Source: an uncultured Clostridia bacterium (lineage in GTDB: Bacteria > Bacillota > Clostridia > Oscillospirales > Oscillospiraceae). From it: DNA of 64,000 bases. Location: contig CAMOKD010000003.1 of NCBI GenBank assembly GCA_946617435.1, positions 5,779 to 69,778 of the forward strand. The letters are read 5' to 3'. Positions within the stretch are counted from its first letter, which is position 1, and each line of letters opens with the position of its first letter. The notes under the pieces were generated by a model. The model had not been told where the DNA came from and searched no databases. It saw only the letters and a program-made list of their open reading frames with translations. The position numbers and the translations under genes were made by a program. Positions 43,105 through 51,773 of this stretch are shown in pieces.

Positions 43105-44721
43105 TCAGCCCCAAAGGGCGGAGAGCATGGGGATTACCTGCTTTTTCCGGCTCATCACACCGGGCAGGAACAGGGTGTTGCCCTTCACCTCGGTGTTGAA
43201 GGCCTGGGCAATGTCGTCGGGGTTGCCCAGGAAAATCAACTGGGTGCCCTCCAAAAGCACGTCTGTCAGCATCAGGATCATAATGTCATAGCCCTTTTCG
43301 GCCTTGTCCTTGCGCATCTGGTCCAGGAACTCCTCCTTGCGGTCAAGCATGGATACCGAGTCCACACAGGTGATCTGGCTGACGCCCAGATAGTGCCCCG
43401 CAATGTGGAAGTCCTTAAAGTCGGTGTACATGAGGTCCTTGGCGGATTTGTCTCCGCCCAGGGAGGCGGCAAAGATAAACTGTCCCAGCTCATCCAGCGA
43501 CAGTCCTGCAATCCGGGCCAGGCGCTCGGCGATGATCCGGTCCCTGGAAGTGGCAGTGGGGGATTTAAAGATGACCGTGTCAGAGATAATGGCGGCGCAC
43601 ATCAGACCGGCCATTTTTTTCGAGGGCATCAGCCCCTTCTCCTGGTACATCTCTGCCACAATGGTGGTGGAGCTGCCCACAATCTCGTTGCGGAAGAAAA
43701 TGGGGTTGTTGGTCTGGATGTCGGCCAGCCTGTGGTGGTCAATGATGCCCAGCACCTCAGCCTGGTCCAGCCCGGGCACGGATTGGGCCAGCTCGTTGTG
43801 GTCCACCAGCACCACCTTTTTCCGCCTGGGCTTAATCAGGTGGTATCTGGAAAGGGTGCCCACCACCTTTTCGTTCTCATCCAGAATGGGGTAGCAGCGG
43901 TAACGGCTCTTGGAGACCACCTCACGCACGTCGTCGATGTAGTCCTCCAGGTGGAAGGTGACCATGTCATAGGTCTGGCAGATCCGGGCAATGGGGATGG
44001 ACTGGAAGATCAGCCGGGCTGCCCGATAGGCGTCAAAGGGGGTGGAGATGATGCAGGTTTTGGTTTTCAGATCCCGCAGCTCCGGGCTCAGTTCGGCCTC
44101 GCACAGGATCAGGCACTGGATGTTGGACTCCAACGCCCAGCGGATGACCTCGGGCTGATCACCGCAGATGGCGATATAATCCTCTCCGTTGAACAGCAGC
44201 TGATCCGAACCCTTGGGCAGGGCAAAGATCACTTCGCCTGAGATGGTGTCCACAATGCTGCCCGCCTCGTTGAGCACCCGGCCCTCCAGCACGGAGAGCA
44301 GATTGAACAGGGGAATGTCATGGACCACCGGGTCGGTGATGGTTTTCATGTCGTAGGTTGCCACGTCGCCGGAGGAGAGCATTCCGTAAAGGGTGCCGTC
44401 CTCGTTGGTCACGGGGATGGCGGCAATGGCGGAATCACTCTGCAAAATGGACCAGCCTCTGTCAACGGTCAGGGCGGCGCTCAGGGCAGGGGGGGTATCA
44501 AATTCCAGGTCCTTCACCTGGGTCCGGACGTTTTTGATGAGCACCGGGGGCTCAAAGCCGAACCGGTTCAAAATCCGCTTGGACTCATCGTTCAGATGGC
44601 CCAGCCGCGCCGCCACATAGCCCCGTTCGCCCAGGGCGTTCTGCAGGGCAGAGAAGGACATGGCGGAAACGATGGAGTCGGTGTCCGGGTTGCGGTGACC
44701 GGTGACAAATACTTGTTCCAT
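43105..44721 (-). CDS. ppaC: family II (DHH) inorganic pyrophosphatase with CBS/DRTGG insert
   Basis: 538 aa. VFVTGHRNPDTDSIVSAMSFS (DHH motif I), central CBS pair, VLVDHNE, GIIDHHR, C-terminal DHHA2 with MSRKKQVIP. Confidence 0.88.
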   Translation of the reverse strand: MEQVFVTGHRNPDTDSIVSAMSFSALQNALGERGYVAARLGHLNDESKRILNRFGFEPPVLIKNVRTQVKDLEFDTPPALSAALTVDRGWSILQSDSAIAAIPVTNEDGTLYGMLSSGDVATYDMKTITDPVVHDIPLFNLLSVLEGRVLNEAGSIVDTISGEVIFALPKGSDQLLFNGEDYIAICGDQPEVIRWALESNIQCLILCEAELSPELRDLKTKTCIISTPFDAYRAARLIFQSIPIARICQTYDMVTFHLEDYIDDVREVVSKSRYRCYPILDENEKVVGTLSRYHLIKPRRKKVVLVDHNELAQSVPGLDQAEVLGIIDHHRLADIQTNNPIFFRNEIVGSSTTIVAEMYQEKGLMPSKKMAGLMCAAIISDTVIFKSPTATSRDRIIAERLARIAGLSLDELGQFIFAASLGGDKSAKDLMYTDFKDFHIAGHYLGVSQITCVDSVSMLDRKEEFLDQMRKDKAEKGYDIMILMLTDVLLEGTQLIFLGNPDDIAQAFNTEVKGNTLFLPGVMSRKKQVIPMLSALWG

Positions 44722-44750
44722 GTAGAGACCTCCTGTGGATAGATATCTAT

Positions 44751-44779
44751 ATTATCCTATTTTTCCCCCCATTTGTCAA
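44751..44779 (-). promoter_or_regulatory. sigma-A promoter for ppaC
   Basis: Minus strand: TTGACA, 17 nt, GATAAT. Confidence 0.6.
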
Positions 44780-44852
44780 TCGCAGGGACTCGTCCTTTTT
44801 CCGGTTTTTTCATGTGTTTTTTGGCAGATACTACAAAAAGCGCCGGGGGGTC

Positions 44853-44881
44853 TTGCAAGGTTGGGGAGTTTCCGGTATAAT
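44853..44881 (+). promoter_or_regulatory. sigma-A promoter for the SLH phosphoesterase gene
   Basis: TTGCAA, 17 nt, TATAAT. Confidence 0.65.
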
Positions 44882-44929
44882 AAGGGCGGCGGAAAGCCGC
44901 CAAATAAAGATGTAAGGGAGACTGAATGC

Positions 44930-47900
44930 ATGAAAAGAAGCCTTTCCGTATTTCTGGTCCTGGCCCTGCTGCTGAGCCTGCTGCCCATGACGGTGGCAGC
45001 TGCAGACGCAGAGACTGTGGAGTTTGCGGTGCTCTCCACCACAGACATCCACGGCAAGTGCTGGGACACCAACGTCCTCACCGGCGGGGCGGAGAACAAC
45101 AATATGCTCCGCGTTTCCACCGCAGTGGCACAGTACCGGGAGACCTACGGGGACAATCTCCTGGTGATCGACAACGGCGATCTGTACCAGGGCACCCCGG
45201 TTTCCGTGGTGCAGCTGGGCAAGATCACCTCCGGCGAGAGCGATCTGCCGCCGGCCATGGCCCTGTGCCTGGCGGAAATCGGCTATGACGCCTCTGTCCT
45301 CGGCAATCACGAGTTCAACTATCCCTGGACCACCATGACCAAGGCCTACGACTATCTGGCCTCCAGGGGGGTGCCCGTCATCACCGCCAACCTCTACTAC
45401 GACGGCAGCGACGGCGTACACCAGCGGGGGGAGAACGTCTTCCAGCCCTATCTGGTCAAAACCTTCAAAATCGGCGACACCGAGCACAAAATCGGCGTTC
45501 TGGGCTTTGAGAACACCGACTGCACCCGTTGGGACGTGCCGGACAATTACCCCGGCATTGTCTTCGCCCATCCCGATAACACCTCCATGTCCATGGCCTG
45601 GGAGGCCCAGCGCTACATCCCACAGATGAAGGCGGAGGGCTGCGAATTCATCATTGTGTCCTATCACTCCGGCACCGGCTCTGCCTCCGGCGAGCTGGTC
45701 TTCGGCCAGAACACCGAGGGCCAGGTCACTCGCATGATCACCGAGTGCGAGGGCATCGATATGGTCATCGCCGGCCACGACCACTCCAGCACCTACTCCA
45801 ACACCTATCTCAACGACAAGAACGGCAAGCCCGTCCTGGTGGTCAACGGCGGCGGCCAGCAGCTGACCCAGTCGGTCTTCTCCTTCCGGGAAGAGGACGG
45901 CGTCCTGCGCTACGACATCAAATCCACCCAAAACCTCAAACTGGCAAATTATGCCTCCGATGAGGCCCTCAAGGCCAAGCTCCAGCCCTACGCGGACATG
46001 GCCGAGGCCTATGTGAACCAGACCGCCGGTACCGCTGTGGGCACCTGGGACACCTCTTCCAAATACTACCTGCAGCAGACCGACACCATGGATCTGATTA
46101 ACTGCGCCCAGATGGATTACGGCACCAAGTATCTGGCCAAGAAGTACGACACCCCCGAAAAGCTGGAGGCCCTCTACGCGGCCACCGGGCTGGACCATCT
46201 GGAGGTGGATATGTCCTCTACCTCCGCCGTCACCAGCAACAGCTACTACGTCCAACCCGGCGAGATCACCATGAAGACCATCGTCCAGATGTACCGCTTT
46301 GACAACAACGTCCTGTACCTGCTGCCCCTGACCGGAGCACAGATCAAGGCCATCCTGGAGCAGAACGCCTCCACCCGTCTCAAGGCGGTGGTGCGCAACG
46401 GCAGCGTCTCCTACACCACCATCGGCGAAAACTTCACCAACCCCGTCTTCGGCGGCCTGAACTTCACCTACGATATGTACCAGCCCGAGGGCAGCCGCGT
46501 GGTCATTGAGGGCTTCTCCAACGGCAGAGCCTTTGATTTGGAGAAGACCTACATTGTGGCCTGCAACTCCTACCACCTGGGCAACACCGGCTGCGGCTTC
46601 GGCGCCTACAGCACCACTGACTCCATCTGGAACCAGAACGACGACCTGGCCGGCGGCAACGTCCAGGAAGTCCTGCTGGAGTACATCCAGGACAAGGGCG
46701 AAATCACCACCGAGCCCTTCACCTGGTCCTGGAAGCTGGACTACACCGGCGACCCGGACGCCCCCACCGAGCTGGTAGGCGACTTTGCCGCCAAGAAGGT
46801 GGATACCGTTGCCGACGGCGACGAAATTGTCATCTACTATGACGCGGAATCCACCGTGATCGGCCTGGAGCCCGCCGCCGACAACCGCCGTCTGGATTCT
46901 GTGAACGCCACCGTCCAGGGCGAGTATCTGGCAGCCTCCGACAAGGCCGCGGTCTTCACCGTGGGCATGGTGGACGAGGAACAGGGCATCTTCACCCTGA
47001 AGAGCGAAAAGGGCTATCTCACCACCGGGGCCACCGGCAACAGCCTGGGCTTTGGGGACGAATCCGGCGAGCTGGCCCAGTGGAAGCTGGAGCCCGTGGA
47101 GGGCGGCTTCCACATCATGAGCGTGGGCGTTGCTCACAACGGCAACCACAACCAGGCCATTGAGTGGTACACCGGCTTCACCACCTACGGCGTCAAGGAC
47201 ACCGCAATTTATCTGTTCAATATTTACAAGCTCCAGCCCACTGCCAAGCGGGCCGCGGAGATTGAGGACGGCGGCAAGTACGCCATCTACTATGACGACG
47301 AGAGCCTCACCCTGGCCGACACCGAAAACAGCGGCGGCCTTGGCAGCGTGAAGAACACCGTCTCCGGCCCCTTCCTGATGCTCCCCGTGGCGGAGAACAC
47401 CCTGGTGGTCACCGCCCATGTGGACGCGGAGGGCAGAATCGACTTCACCACCGACGAGGGCAAGCATCTCACCTCCGGGGCCACCGGCAACAGCCTTTCT
47501 CTGACCGACGAGCTGGCAGAAAACGACTGCAGCCTCTGGACGCTCACCGCCGTGGAGGGCGGCTTCCACATCATGAATGTGGGCGCCAACTACAACGGCA
47601 ACCACAACCAGGCCCTGGAGTACTACTCCGGCAAGTTCACTGTCTACGGCGTTAAGGACACCGGCGCCTATCTGTTCAACCTCTATCAGCTCCCCGCCGA
47701 GGAGGAGCCCGATACCCTGAAGTTTGAGGTGGTGAAGGACAGCTCCAATTCCACCCGCTTCGGTCATGTAGATATCAACATCTCCGTGGAGGAGTTCCTG
47801 GAGCTCTTCCAGCTGGGCGACATCGTCACCGTCACCGTCAACGGCTTCACCTTTGACGCCCCTGTGGTCACCAACTATGACGACGTGGATACCGGCAACT

Positions 47901-49375
47901 ACCTGCTGCGCTGCGCCAACGGCAAGAAGGTGGTCACCCTGGCCATCAACTACGGCCAGATCGGCGTCCGCTCCGGCCTGCTGGAGGCCGTGGAGGGCGG
48001 CTACGCCTTCAAGGAAGGGCTGGAATGGCCCATGTTCGCCACTGTAGAGCTGAAGCAGGCCGGCGGCTATGCCGATGAGCTGTCTGTCCGCAAGCTGACC
48101 CGCACCAACGAGCGCTCCGACTATGCGGATCTGAGCGACGCTGCGTTTGCCAACTTCCGTGCCGTTGCCACCACCGGCATGGGCGAGAACCGGCTGTACC
48201 GGTCCTCCAGCCCCATCGACCCGGATCTGGGCCGCAACACCTACGCCGACGCCGCCGCCAAGGAGGCCGGCGTGAAGACCTTCATCAACCTGGCGGACAC
48301 CGAGACTGACGCCAAGGCCTTTGAGGGTTACGCAGATACCTACTACGCCACCCAGACCGTCAAGTTCCTGGGTCTGCCTGTGGCCTTCACCAGCGACGAG
48401 TTCAAGGCCGGCCTGGCCGAGGGCTACAGATTCATCGCCGCCAACGAGGGCCCGTATCTCATCCACTGTCTGGAGGGCAAGGACCGCACCGGCCTGTCCG
48501 TGGCCGTGCTGGAGGCCCTGATGGGCGCAGGTCTGGAGGAGATCCAGGCGGACTACCTGCAAACTTATGTCAACTACTTCGAGGTGCAGGAGCACAAACA
48601 TCTGCCTCTGACCGAGGCCCAGGAGACCGTGCTCAAGGGCATCATCACCAAGAACCTGGGCATCATCTTTGATGCCGAGCTCACTGCCGACACCGACCTG
48701 GCCGCCGAGGCCGAGGCCTATCTCACCGAGTTGGGCCTGACCACCGAGGAAATTGCCGCCGTGAAGACCAACCTGGGCGCACAGACCCAGCGTGTGGAGT
48801 TTGAAGACGTGCAGGATCCGAATAGATTCTACTACGTACCGGTGTACTGGGCAGTGGAGAACGAGATTACCAACGGCATGAGCGCCACGCTCTTTGCCCC
48901 CGATAACAACTGCACCCGTGGCCAGGTAGTCACCTTCCTGTGGCGTGCGGCGGGCAAGCCCGGCCATGAGACCACCGAGAATCCCTTCACCGACGTGGAC
49001 GAAAAGGCCTTCTACTATGACGCTGTTCTCTGGGCAGTGGAGAACGAGATTACCAACGGCATGAGTGCCACCACCTTTGCGCCCAACGGCAACTGCACCC
49101 GTGGCCAGGTAGTCACCTTCCTGTACCGGTTTGCGGGCAAGCCCACAGTGGAGCAGACCGCGTCCGCCTTCACCGATCTGCGCGCCGGCGCCTATTACAC
49201 CGACGCAGTGGCCTGGGCCGTGGCCAACGACATCACCAACGGCCTGAATGCTACCACATTCGCGCCTGAGAACTACTGCAACCGTGGGCAGGTGGTCACC
49301 TTCCTGTACCGGCAGCAGAGTGCTCCGGCACCCACTGCACCCACCGCACCCACCCAGCCCACCACTGAGGGCTGA
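44930..49375 (+). CDS. secreted multidomain phosphoesterase: 5'-nucleotidase/2',3'-cyclic phosphodiesterase (metallophosphatase + 5'-NT C domain), two unknown ~145-aa repeat modules, PTP-like (Y_phosphatase3) domain, 3 SLH domains
   Basis: Start MKRSLSVFLVLALLLSLLPMTVAAADA (signal peptide). Metallophosphatase motifs STTDIHG, NGDLYQG, GNHEFN, GHDH. CX5R phosphatase loop IHCLEGKDRTG (48464-48493). SLH repeats at 48799-49320. Pro/Thr tail. Confidence 0.88.
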   Translation: MKRSLSVFLVLALLLSLLPMTVAAADAETVEFAVLSTTDIHGKCWDTNVLTGGAENNNMLRVSTAVAQYRETYGDNLLVIDNGDLYQGTPVSVVQLGKITSGESDLPPAMALCLAEIGYDASVLGNHEFNYPWTTMTKAYDYLASRGVPVITANLYYDGSDGVHQRGENVFQPYLVKTFKIGDTEHKIGVLGFENTDCTRWDVPDNYPGIVFAHPDNTSMSMAWEAQRYIPQMKAEGCEFIIVSYHSGTGSASGELVFGQNTEGQVTRMITECEGIDMVIAGHDHSSTYSNTYLNDKNGKPVLVVNGGGQQLTQSVFSFREEDGVLRYDIKSTQNLKLANYASDEALKAKLQPYADMAEAYVNQTAGTAVGTWDTSSKYYLQQTDTMDLINCAQMDYGTKYLAKKYDTPEKLEALYAATGLDHLEVDMSSTSAVTSNSYYVQPGEITMKTIVQMYRFDNNVLYLLPLTGAQIKAILEQNASTRLKAVVRNGSVSYTTIGENFTNPVFGGLNFTYDMYQPEGSRVVIEGFSNGRAFDLEKTYIVACNSYHLGNTGCGFGAYSTTDSIWNQNDDLAGGNVQEVLLEYIQDKGEITTEPFTWSWKLDYTGDPDAPTELVGDFAAKKVDTVADGDEIVIYYDAESTVIGLEPAADNRRLDSVNATVQGEYLAASDKAAVFTVGMVDEEQGIFTLKSEKGYLTTGATGNSLGFGDESGELAQWKLEPVEGGFHIMSVGVAHNGNHNQAIEWYTGFTTYGVKDTAIYLFNIYKLQPTAKRAAEIEDGGKYAIYYDDESLTLADTENSGGLGSVKNTVSGPFLMLPVAENTLVVTAHVDAEGRIDFTTDEGKHLTSGATGNSLSLTDELAENDCSLWTLTAVEGGFHIMNVGANYNGNHNQALEYYSGKFTVYGVKDTGAYLFNLYQLPAEEEPDTLKFEVVKDSSNSTRFGHVDINISVEEFLELFQLGDIVTVTVNGFTFDAPVVTNYDDVDTGNYLLRCANGKKVVTLAINYGQIGVRSGLLEAVEGGYAFKEGLEWPMFATVELKQAGGYADELSVRKLTRTNERSDYADLSDAAFANFRAVATTGMGENRLYRSSSPIDPDLGRNTYADAAAKEAGVKTFINLADTETDAKAFEGYADTYYATQTVKFLGLPVAFTSDEFKAGLAEGYRFIAANEGPYLIHCLEGKDRTGLSVAVLEALMGAGLEEIQADYLQTYVNYFEVQEHKHLPLTEAQETVLKGIITKNLGIIFDAELTADTDLAAEAEAYLTELGLTTEEIAAVKTNLGAQTQRVEFEDVQDPNRFYYVPVYWAVENEITNGMSATLFAPDNNCTRGQVVTFLWRAAGKPGHETTENPFTDVDEKAFYYDAVLWAVENEITNGMSATTFAPNGNCTRGQVVTFLYRFAGKPTVEQTASAFTDLRAGAYYTDAVAWAVANDITNGLNATTFAPENYCNRGQVVTFLYRQQSAPAPTAPTAPTQPTTEG

Positions 49376-49468
49376 TCCACCATGCAAGAGGGCAGGGGCT
49401 TCGGCCTCTGCCCTCTGAATCATAAAGGGGAGGGGAGCAGGTTTTTTGAATTATTTGCAAGAAACCTC

Positions 49469-49497
49469 TTGACAAATCGGGACTTAGGGTGTATATT
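49469..49497 (+). promoter_or_regulatory. sigma-A promoter for tRNA-Ser
   Basis: TTGACA, 17 nt, TATATT. Confidence 0.65.
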
Positions 49498-49535
49498 AAC
49501 TAAGCTGTTTTGTGAAGCAGCACCGCAAACGACCT

Positions 49536-49627
49536 GGAGTGGTATCGAAGCGGTCATAACGAGCACGACTGGAAATCGTGTGTACGTCAAAAGCGTACCG
49601 AGGGTTCGAATCCCTCCCACTCCGCCA
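49536..49627 (+). tRNA. tRNA-Ser (anticodon GGA), long variable arm, CCA encoded
   Basis: Acceptor GGAGTGG/CCACTCC. Anticodon arm CACGA-CTGGAAA-TCGTG. Variable arm GTACG..CGTAC. T arm GAGGG-TTCGAAT-CCCTC. Confidence 0.88.
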
Positions 49628-49629
49628 TG

Positions 49630-49669
49630 AAAAAAGCGCTTTTTGTCTACCAGACAAAAGCGCTTTTTT
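49630..49669 (+). terminator. rho-independent terminator after tRNA-Ser
   Basis: Stem aaaagcgcttttt-gtct / agacaaaagcgctttt (one bulge) followed by TTTTTT. Confidence 0.8.
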
Positions 49670-49672
49670 CAA

Positions 49673-49847
49673 CGAAATCCGTCCTTTCGGACGGGTGAAA
49701 TCTACCTTCGGTGGGTGAAATCGCTTCGCGGTGAAATCCCGCTTCGCGGGGTGCGGGACGGATTTCATTTCACCCGAGGACGAAGTCCGAGGATTTCACC
49801 AATGGCATTGGCCGTTGATTTCACCGCGGCCGGGGCCGCGATTTCAC
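49673..49847. repeat. array of 8-bp units: 4 x (G/C)GAAATC/GTGAAATC followed by 4-5 x inverted GATTTCAC, each separated by a short GC hairpin
   Basis: Forward units at 49673, 49695, 49715, 49731. Inverted units at 49761/49767, 49792, 49817, 49840. Spacers are self-complementary: ccgtcc-tttc-ggacgg, ctacc-ttc-ggtgg, cccgc-ttc-gcggg, ggac-gaa-gtcc, ccaat-ggc-attgg, gcggc-cggg-gccgc. Confidence 0.8.
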
Positions 49848-49896
49848 TGTTGCTCTTTCAGGTTCCATATGATATGATGTTCACGAGGTGACTTCT

Positions 49897-50250
49897 ATGG
49901 CTGAAAGCAAACTTGCCGCACTCTCAATGGATTTTGCTGTTAAAGTACTGAGACTGTGTGATAGTATCAAGGGTCATTATTCCCTTGTCAATCAGTTGGA
50001 ACGTTCCGGTACCTCAATCGGCGCAAACATTCGGGAAGCAAACTATGCGCACAGCAGACCGGATTTTATTGCAAAATTTCAAATTGCACTGAAAGAATGC
50101 TATGAAACAGAATACTGGCTTGAATTGCTGGAAAGGGCAGAGATACGTAAAGATGAAACTATTTCTGCTTTGCTTCACGATTGCGGCTCTATTCGCAGAT
50201 TGCTTATTTCTTCAATCAACACAGCAAAGCAAAACATGGAAACAAAGTGA
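49897..50250 (+). CDS. four-helix-bundle protein (23S rRNA intervening-sequence protein / Avd-like family)
   Basis: 117 aa from ATG 49897 (GAGGTGA RBS). LVNQLERSGTSIGANIREANYAHSRPDFIAKFQIALKECYETEYWLELL is the family signature. The gene is visibly AT-rich relative to its surroundings. Confidence 0.82.
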   Translation: MAESKLAALSMDFAVKVLRLCDSIKGHYSLVNQLERSGTSIGANIREANYAHSRPDFIAKFQIALKECYETEYWLELLERAEIRKDETISALLHDCGSIRRLLISSINTAKQNMETK

Positions 50251-50396
50251 CAATCCGGATTTTTGTGGTGCTGAATATGGATCAGGTATTTGAATCATGG
50301 TCCATGGTCCAGGGGACGGTTCTGTGGACCACAGTCATAAATAGTTTGATTTTCAAGCGGTTTTCACTGTAACTGCACGGATTTTCGCAAAAGAAT

Positions 50397-50429
50397 CTCC
50401 CGGTCGGGTGCTCCGGCCGGGAGTTTTTT
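50397..50429 (+). terminator. rho-independent terminator
   Basis: Stem ctcccgg/ccgggag with a structured loop, then TTTTTT. Confidence 0.65.
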
Positions 50430-50487
50430 GCGGCCGGCCTGCAAGGCTGCGTCCTACCGTGCGCGCAAAAAATTATCGCCCACTGCC

Positions 50488-50516
50488 TTGTCAGCAGGGC
50501 GATTTTCGAGTATAAT
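50488..50516 (+). promoter_or_regulatory. sigma-A promoter
   Basis: TTGTCA, 17 nt, TATAAT, 42 nt upstream of the flavoprotein gene. Confidence 0.65.
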
Positions 50517-50558
50517 ATACTATCTGATGGTTTCAACATATCACAAAGGAGGCAGCCT

Positions 50559-51773
50559 ATGAGAATCGGCATCATCGGGGCCGGGGCCTCGGGAATGGCG
50601 GCGGCAATCACTGCAGCCCACACCGCGCAGAACCAGATCCTGCTCTTTGAACGTCAGGCCCGGGTGGGCCGCAAGCTGATGGCCACGGGCAACGGCCGGT
50701 GCAATCTCACCAATCGCCGTGCCGGTATCCAGAGCTACCACGGCAGCCGTCCGGGCTTTGTCCAGCCCGCCCTGCGGGAGTTTTCTGTGGACAACACCTT
50801 GAATTTCTTTGAGGCCCTGGGCCTATACACCGTCACCGAGGAGGGCGGCCGGGTTTACCCCTACTCTGACCAGGCCAACAGCGTGGTGGACGTGCTCCGC
50901 TTTGCCCTGGACCGGAAAAATATCGAGCTGCACCTGGGCACCGAGATCACCGCCGTCAAGCGGGAGGCAGAGGGCTTTTTGCTCCGGGCCGGAGAACAGA
51001 CCTTTCTGGTGGACCGGCTGATCGTCAGCTGCGGCGGCGTGGCCGGGGGCAAGCTGGGGGGCAGTCTGTCCGGCTACCAGCTGCTGCGCAGCCTGGGCCA
51101 CCACTGCACCAAGCTCTACCCCTCCCTGGTCCAGCTGAAAACCGACCCCACCCTGGTCCGGGGGCTCAAGGGGGTACGGGCCAACGCCGCCCTGGAGCTG
51201 CTGCTGAACGACACCCTCCTGGCCACCGCCAGGGGCGAGGTGCAGTTTACAGAGTACGGGGTCTCCGGCCCTGCGGTGTTTGACCTGTCCAGGGCAGCCT
51301 CCACCTGCGAGGGGGGCGTGCTGCGGCTGAACCTGCTGCCGGATCTGAGCACGGAGAGTCTGCTCTCGTCCCTGTGCATCCGGATCTCCCGGCTGCCTCG
51401 GCTGAAGTGTGAGGATTTACTCACCGGCATCCTCCACAATCGGCTGGGCCGCGTGATTCTGAAGGCCTGCCAGATCCCCCTGGAGCAGCCTATTACCTCC
51501 CTGAACTGGAAGCAGCTCACCGCCGCGGTAGAGCTCTGCCACGGCCTGGAGCTGGAGCTCAGGGGCACCATGGGCATGGAGCACGCCCAGGTCACCGCCG
51601 GGGGTATCTGCCTGGAGGAGTTTGACCCCGACACCCTCCAAAGCCGCCTGGTGCCCGGCCTGTACGCCACCGGCGAGGTGCTGGACATCGACGGAGACTG
51701 CGGGGGCTACAATCTGCAGTGGGCCTGGTCCTCGGGCCAGCTGGCGGGGCAGCTCCGCCGGGGCAAATGCTGA
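50559..51773 (+). CDS. HI0933/BaiN-like (aminoacetone-oxidase family) FAD flavoprotein
   Basis: 404 aa. MRIGIIGAGASGMAAA, GRKLMATGNGRCNLTN, C-terminal GEVLDIDGDCGGYNLQWAWSSG. Confidence 0.85.
   Translation: MRIGIIGAGASGMAAAITAAHTAQNQILLFERQARVGRKLMATGNGRCNLTNRRAGIQSYHGSRPGFVQPALREFSVDNTLNFFEALGLYTVTEEGGRVYPYSDQANSVVDVLRFALDRKNIELHLGTEITAVKREAEGFLLRAGEQTFLVDRLIVSCGGVAGGKLGGSLSGYQLLRSLGHHCTKLYPSLVQLKTDPTLVRGLKGVRANAALELLLNDTLLATARGEVQFTEYGVSGPAVFDLSRAASTCEGGVLRLNLLPDLSTESLLSSLCIRISRLPRLKCEDLLTGILHNRLGRVILKACQIPLEQPITSLNWKQLTAAVELCHGLELELRGTMGMEHAQVTAGGICLEEFDPDTLQSRLVPGLYATGEVLDIDGDCGGYNLQWAWSSGQLAGQLRRGKC

Noticed and set aside
44831-49423. 1530-aa ORF on the minus strand
   Set aside because: It lies entirely antisense to the well-supported SLH phosphoesterase gene. 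The translation is low-complexity (G/V/A/H/L/Q-rich) with no recognisable motif and no RBS. This is typical of stop-free antisense frames caused by GC3 bias.
49673-49847. CRISPR array interpretation of the GTGAAATC repeats
   Set aside because: The units are only 8 bp and the spacers 8-17 bp and self-complementary. The units occur in both orientations, and no cas genes are present.
49496-49891. ORFs 49643-49891(+) and 49496-49768(-) as small proteins
   Set aside because: They overlap the tRNA-Ser gene, its terminator and the octamer array. Their repetitive peptide patterns (FHFT, DFT) simply reflect the DNA repeats. There is no RBS.
49897-50250. Diversity-generating retroelement (DGR) centred on the Avd-like gene
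   Set aside because: No reverse transcriptase ORF, no template/variable repeat pair and no target gene with a C-type-lectin-like end were seen within several kb.
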